DNA of 64,000 bases. Source: Ignavibacteriota bacterium. Lineage in GTDB: Bacteria; Bacteroidota; Ignavibacteria; UBA10030; UBA6906. The stretch lies in the NCBI GenBank assembly GCA_963801355.1, contig CAWDEM010000004.1, forward strand, positions 128,001-192,000. Direction: 5' to 3'. A program made the position numbers and the translations under genes. The first letter of the stretch is position 1. Every line of letters begins with the position of its first letter. A model generated the notes under the pieces. That model saw nothing but the letters and a program-made list of their open reading frames with translations, did not search any database and was not told the origin of the DNA. Below are positions 59,433 through 64,000 of this stretch, in pieces.

Positions 59433-60625
59433 GTATGTGGACCTCGAAAGTACAGAAGAACCATATCGACCTGATCACGCTGATTGCGGCGCTCTTTCTT
59501 ATGGTCATGAGCGTAGGCATCGTGTACAGCGCAAGCTCCAGCTACGCACTGCAGCGGTGGGGCGAGAGCGGAAGGCTGCTGGGGAGTCATGCCGCAAAGG
59601 TGATCGCCGGATTCCTGGTCATGTTTGTTGCGATGCAGGTGGACTATCACCTGCTGAAAAAGATTTCCAAACCACTCCTGATCACGATTGTGCTGCTGCT
59701 TGTCGTCACCCGGCTCACCGGAGGCGAGGTGCACGGTGCGGCGCGATGGCTCCGCATCGGCGGCTTCGGCCTGCAACCTTCGGAGTTTGCCCGCTTTGCC
59801 CTTATTGTCCACCTCGCGCTGCTGATGTCGCTGCGCGGGGAACGGGTGCGGGATTTCAAGACGGGATATCTCCCGCTGATGATCTGGGTCGGCCTGGTGA
59901 CCGCCCTGGTGCTGGTCCAGCCCGGGTTCAGCACAGGATCGATGATCTTTGCCGTGAGCATGATCATGCTGTTTCTCGGCGGCGTGAAGCTGAGCCATCT
60001 GGGTCTGACATTAAGCGCGTTGATACCCGCGTTGCTGGTGTATATGGTCAGCGCGGAATACCGAATGACCCGGGTGGTGGATTTCGTCCGGGGAGTGTTC
60101 ACTGAATCCGGCGTGACCAGAATCAACCACCAGGTCTTTCAGGGATTGATCGGATTTGCGAACGGCGGTTTGCTCGGCCTCGGTCCGGGAAACAGCAGGC
60201 AACGCGACCTGTTTCTCCCGGAGCCGTACGGGGATTTCGTCTATCCCATTATCGGTGAGGAATACGGTTTGCTGGGCGCCGTCGCCGTGCTCGCAATCTT
60301 TGTGGTACTCCTGGTGCGCGGCATGAAGATCGCGAATCATGCACGGGATGAGTTCGGGCGGTACCTGGCCCTCGGCATCACCTGCAGTATCACGCTGTAC
60401 GCCCTGGTGAATGCCGGTGTCACGCTCGGCGTTCTCCCGACAACAGGTCTGCCGATGCCGTTCATCAGCTACGGCGGATCATCCATGCTCGTGAGTTCCA
60501 TGATGATCGGCGTGCTGTTGAACATCTCCGCACAGACCGACCTCTACCCCCGGCAGACGGCGGGTGCGGATGGAACCGTGCCGCTGCGGACCGACCGTGC
60601 ACCGGCAGTGGGAAAGGTCTACTGA
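59429..60625 (+). CDS. ftsW: SEDS peptidoglycan glycosyltransferase FtsW
   Basis: GAARWL, QPSEFA, IIGEEYG and GLPMPFISYGGSS motifs. Confidence 0.95.
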   Translation: MSMWTSKVQKNHIDLITLIAALFLMVMSVGIVYSASSSYALQRWGESGRLLGSHAAKVIAGFLVMFVAMQVDYHLLKKISKPLLITIVLLLVVTRLTGGEVHGAARWLRIGGFGLQPSEFARFALIVHLALLMSLRGERVRDFKTGYLPLMIWVGLVTALVLVQPGFSTGSMIFAVSMIMLFLGGVKLSHLGLTLSALIPALLVYMVSAEYRMTRVVDFVRGVFTESGVTRINHQVFQGLIGFANGGLLGLGPGNSRQRDLFLPEPYGDFVYPIIGEEYGLLGAVAVLAIFVVLLVRGMKIANHARDEFGRYLALGITCSITLYALVNAGVTLGVLPTTGLPMPFISYGGSSMLVSSMMIGVLLNISAQTDLYPRQTAGADGTVPLRTDRAPAVGKVY

Positions 60626-60627
60626 GC

Positions 60628-61722
60628 ATGTCGCGGCGGGTACTGTTTGCATGCGGAGGAACCGGCGGGCACGTGTTTCCCGCTCTGGCCATTGCGGAGG
60701 CCTTGCAGCGGACAGCGCTGGATGTGGAGATACTGTTTGTGGGTACGCGCGGACGGATTGAAGCGCGGGTCGTGCCGGCGCATGGTTTTCCGTTCATGAG
60801 CATATGGATTGCCGGATTCAGCCGTCGCCTGTCGGCCGGGACGCTGTTGTTCCCATTGAAGCTGATGGTCTCGCTGGTGCAGTCCCTGGTGTTGCTGCTC
60901 CGTTTCCGGCCGTCGGTTGTTGTCGGCACAGGAGGGTATGTGAGCGGGCCGCCGGTGTTCGTGGCGACGCTCCTGGGGATTCCGACGGTGGTGCAGGAAC
61001 AAAACAGCTATCCGGGAATAACAACCCGTTTGCTGGCGGGTCGCGTTCGCGAAGTACACATAGCGTTTGAAGCGACCAGGAAGTTTCTCCGGCGGAGCCG
61101 TGGAGTATTTCTTTCCGGAACTCCGATCAGGGCGGCCGTAGGAACGCTGGCGCGGCCGGAGAGCCTGCAGCGGCTCGGACTTCTTCCGGGGCGGCACACC
61201 GTGCTTGTCGTGGGCGGGAGCCAGGGCGCGGCATCCATCAACGATGCCCTGCTTGCCGCGCCGGATCTGTTGAGCCGGACGGATGTGCAGATACTCTGGT
61301 TGACCGGCGCATCGGAGCTTGCACGGGTACAACAACGTGTCGCGGCATTGCCCGGGAGCGCGGGTATCCACCTCCGCGGATTTCTGGAACAGATGCCCCT
61401 GGCCTATGCAGCGGCGGATCTGGTTGTGTGCCGTGCGGGGGCGTCAACACTGGCAGAAGTACTCTGTGCGGGATTGCCGGCGGTGCTTGTACCGTATCCC
61501 TATGCGGCGGCAGACCATCAGACGCTGAATGCCCGGACGCTTGCCGCGGCCGGTGCAGCGGTACTCGTTCCTGACGCGGATGTACAAGAGCGGCTCGGGA
61601 AGGAAATCCGGGAGATACTCGCCCATCCCGAGCGCCGGGAGGCGATGGGTACGGCCGCCCGGGCGCTGGCGCTGCCTGACGCAGCGCGGACTATCGCGAA
61701 TGCAGTGCTGAAACTCATGTGA
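60628..61722 (+). CDS. murG: Lipid I N-acetylglucosamine transferase
   Basis: GGTGGHVFPA, GGYVS, EQN, GGSQGA and RAGAST motifs. Confidence 0.96.
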   Translation: MSRRVLFACGGTGGHVFPALAIAEALQRTALDVEILFVGTRGRIEARVVPAHGFPFMSIWIAGFSRRLSAGTLLFPLKLMVSLVQSLVLLLRFRPSVVVGTGGYVSGPPVFVATLLGIPTVVQEQNSYPGITTRLLAGRVREVHIAFEATRKFLRRSRGVFLSGTPIRAAVGTLARPESLQRLGLLPGRHTVLVVGGSQGAASINDALLAAPDLLSRTDVQILWLTGASELARVQQRVAALPGSAGIHLRGFLEQMPLAYAAADLVVCRAGASTLAEVLCAGLPAVLVPYPYAAADHQTLNARTLAAAGAAVLVPDADVQERLGKEIREILAHPERREAMGTAARALALPDAARTIANAVLKLM

Positions 61723-61729
61723 CAAGACT

Positions 61730-62236
61730 ATGGCGGATGAGGGAAAAATATTCAAGTACAAACTCGACTTCTACTACCAGTCAGCGCTCATCTATCTTCT
61801 CACGTTGATTGTGTATGGTGGCATCCGCGGCAATTTCGTCGAGGCCGAGTTCAAGTACGTGTTGCATGATCCCTTGATGTATGTCATTGTCTTCTTCGTG
61901 GTGATGTCATTTGTGACGTTGCTGCTCAATATGGCGCGCAACCGGCGCCTGATCATCACCCAGGATGCGGTCATCTTCAAACACCGGTGGGACGAACGCC
62001 GCATCGCCATCGGGGAGATCGAATGGATGCACATCGGCCGGGAAGCCGGCGTGCAAACCAGCGGCCGTTTCCAGGTCATCCTGATCAAACTGAACGACAA
62101 ACGGCGCGCCTACCGTATCCGCGTCGGACGCTATGAGCGGGAAAAAGAACTTGTGCAGGAAATGCAGGCCATTGCTGCGCGTGTGCCGGGGCGCAAGCGG
62201 CGTGTGTGGCGACGGCCCCGGATCACAGACCGGTAA
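61730..62236 (+). CDS. Uncharacterised 2-TM membrane protein inside the dcw cluster
   Basis: 168-aa ORF filling the murG-murC gap, with genome-typical codon usage, two hydrophobic helices and a beta-rich basic C-terminal domain. Confidence 0.8.
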   Translation: MADEGKIFKYKLDFYYQSALIYLLTLIVYGGIRGNFVEAEFKYVLHDPLMYVIVFFVVMSFVTLLLNMARNRRLIITQDAVIFKHRWDERRIAIGEIEWMHIGREAGVQTSGRFQVILIKLNDKRRAYRIRVGRYEREKELVQEMQAIAARVPGRKRRVWRRPRITDR

Positions 62237-62263
62237 TGATACAGCGACAGAGAGAGTACACGC

Positions 62264-63646
62264 ATGTTCACTTCCATTAAGAAACTCCATTTCGTCGGTA
62301 TCGGCGGCATCGGCATGAGCGGCATCGCGGAAATCCTTATCGATCAGGGCTTCACCATCACAGGGTCGGACCGTGCGGGCAACGACAACATCGATCGCCT
62401 CACCGCGCTCGGCGCACAGATCTCGATCGGCCATCAAGCCTCGAATGTCGCTCCCGACGTGGATGCCATCGTGTACTCGTCGGCCATCCCGCCGGACAAT
62501 CCGGAAATTGTCGTCGCGCACCAGCGCAAGATCCCCGTCATCCGCCGTGCAGAGATGCTGGCGGAAGTCATGCGGCTGAAATACGGCATCGGCATCGCCG
62601 GAACGCACGGAAAGACCACAACGACGTCCATGGTCAGCCTCGTGCTGATGGAAGGCGGCGTGGATCCCACCGTGATCGTCGGCGGTCGCCTGCATGGGCT
62701 GGCCGGGTCCAACGCACGGATGGGAAAAGGGGAATTCATCGTCGTGGAGGCGGATGAGTTTGACCGTTCGTTCCTGTCGATCACCCCCACCATTGCGGTG
62801 CTGACGACGCTCGAAACCGATCATCTTGACTGCTATCGCGATCTGGAAGATATCAAAGCGGCGTTCATTCAATTCGCGGGCAAAGTTCCCTTCTACGGAT
62901 TTGTCGTGCTTTGCCTTGATGAGCCCGCCCTGCAGGATATCATGCCGAAGATCAAGAAGAAAATTATCACCTACGGTCTGAACAGCCAGGCGGATTTGCA
63001 GGCGGTGGATATCTCGCACAAACAAAACCGGACGCGCTTCACCGTGCTGCAGAACGGACGGGAATTGGGCGAAGTGGAACTGCAAATTCCGGGCAAGCAC
63101 AACGTACAGAACGCCCTGGCGGCTATCACGGTCGGCCTGGAGCTCCAGGTACCGTTTGCGCAGGTCAAGGCCGGCATCGAGAAATTCACGGGTGTTTTCC
63201 GGCGCTGGGAAGTGAAAGCGGAAATCGGAGATATCACCGTCGTCGACGACTATGCCCATCACCCGACGGAAATCAAGGCGACCCTTGCGGGAGTGAAAGC
63301 GGGATGGCGGAGACGCGTGATCTGCGTGTTTCAACCGCACCTGTATTCACGGACGCGCGACTTCTACGACGAATTCGGCCGGTCCTTCTTCAACGCCGAC
63401 GTCCTGGTCATCACCGATGTCTACCCGGCACGTGAGGAACCCATACAGGGCGTCAGCGGTGAATTGATCGTCAATGCCGCAAAGGAATTCGGGCATAAGC
63501 ATGTGGAATACCTTGCGGACAAAACCGGCGTCCCGGCATTGCTGATGGAGATCAAACAACCGGGTGATATTATCATCACGATGGGTGCCGGGGATATCTG
63601 GCGGTTCGGTGAGGAGTTTATTCGCAAACTGAAAGCCGCACAGTGA
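62264..63646 (+). CDS. murC: UDP-N-acetylmuramate L-alanine ligase
   Basis: HFVGIGGIGMSG, AGTHGKTTT, EADEFD, DDYAHHPTE and FQPHLYSRT motifs. Confidence 0.97.
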   Translation: MFTSIKKLHFVGIGGIGMSGIAEILIDQGFTITGSDRAGNDNIDRLTALGAQISIGHQASNVAPDVDAIVYSSAIPPDNPEIVVAHQRKIPVIRRAEMLAEVMRLKYGIGIAGTHGKTTTTSMVSLVLMEGGVDPTVIVGGRLHGLAGSNARMGKGEFIVVEADEFDRSFLSITPTIAVLTTLETDHLDCYRDLEDIKAAFIQFAGKVPFYGFVVLCLDEPALQDIMPKIKKKIITYGLNSQADLQAVDISHKQNRTRFTVLQNGRELGEVELQIPGKHNVQNALAAITVGLELQVPFAQVKAGIEKFTGVFRRWEVKAEIGDITVVDDYAHHPTEIKATLAGVKAGWRRRVICVFQPHLYSRTRDFYDEFGRSFFNADVLVITDVYPAREEPIQGVSGELIVNAAKEFGHKHVEYLADKTGVPALLMEIKQPGDIIITMGAGDIWRFGEEFIRKLKAAQ

Positions 63647-64000
63647 GCACACAACGGACGCCATCTCCGGCACCGCACGCGCCGCGGCGCGGCCCGGAGC
63701 TTCTCGTACTTCTCCTGCTGGCACTGGTGGCCATCGGCGCAGCCGTGGGAGCCCGCATCTGGATGGACACGCTCCAGGTGCGCGGCGTCCGCATCGAGGG
63801 AACGCGGATCGTTCCATCCGCCGACATCTTCCACCTTGCGGCTGTGCCCATGGACCAGGCGTTGAACGACGTCCGGCTGGCTGAAGTGCGTGACCGCGTG
63901 CGCCGGAACCCGTTTGTCCAGGACGTTGTGGTGCACCGGGATCCCCCGGATCGCATCCTCATCCAGGTTGAGGAACGGACGCCTGTGGCAGTTGTTGCCG
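63643..64000 (+). CDS. ftsQ: FtsQ-type cell division protein, 3'-truncated by the window edge
   Basis: Manual translation from GTG 63643: TM helix then POTRA-like VRGVRIEGTRIV...NPFVQDVVVHRDPPDRILIQVEERTPVA. Confidence 0.88.
   Translation, partial: MSTQRTPSPAPHAPRRGPELLVLLLLALVAIGAAVGARIWMDTLQVRGVRIEGTRIVPSADIFHLAAVPMDQALNDVRLAEVRDRVRRNPFVQDVVVHRDPPDRILIQVEERTPVAVVA

Overview
This is a GC-rich bacterial chromosome segment that spans the replication origin. Gene content and order, Shine-Dalgarno use and TTGnnn-N17-TAnnnT promoters suggest an Ignavibacteria/Chlorobi-like member of the FCB group (inference, no search run). The first ~12 kb holds mixed genes: ABC permease, rsgA, PP2C phosphatase, DUF5916-like protein, a frameshifted AGCS symporter, an SDR, an AmmeMemoRadiSam radical SAM enzyme, a LysM protein and a GT2. 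A leftward yicC-gmk-rpoZ-coaBC-udg-dnaB-DUF1460 operon follows. Next is a rightward block of rqcH, a PLP enzyme, three PPIases, MoxR and a vWA protein. The origin cluster is gyrA-gyrB-dciA-recF-dnaN-oriC-dnaA, then rpmH-rnpA-yidD-yidC-mnmE-mnmG-rsmG-murQ-mfd, and finally the dcw cluster from mraZ to a truncated ftsQ. I found no rRNA, tRNA, CRISPR array or mobile element. The most notable signals are: (1) four DnaA boxes 18 kb from oriC, sitting on both divergent promoters of the dnaB-containing operon and rqcH; (2) two parS palindromes that form the start codons of mnmG and rsmG; (3) a bipartite oriC with DnaA-trios; (4) an OmpA-like domain inserted in a PPIase lipoprotein; (5) an uncharacterised membrane gene inside the dcw cluster. 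All product calls come from motif recognition by eye.
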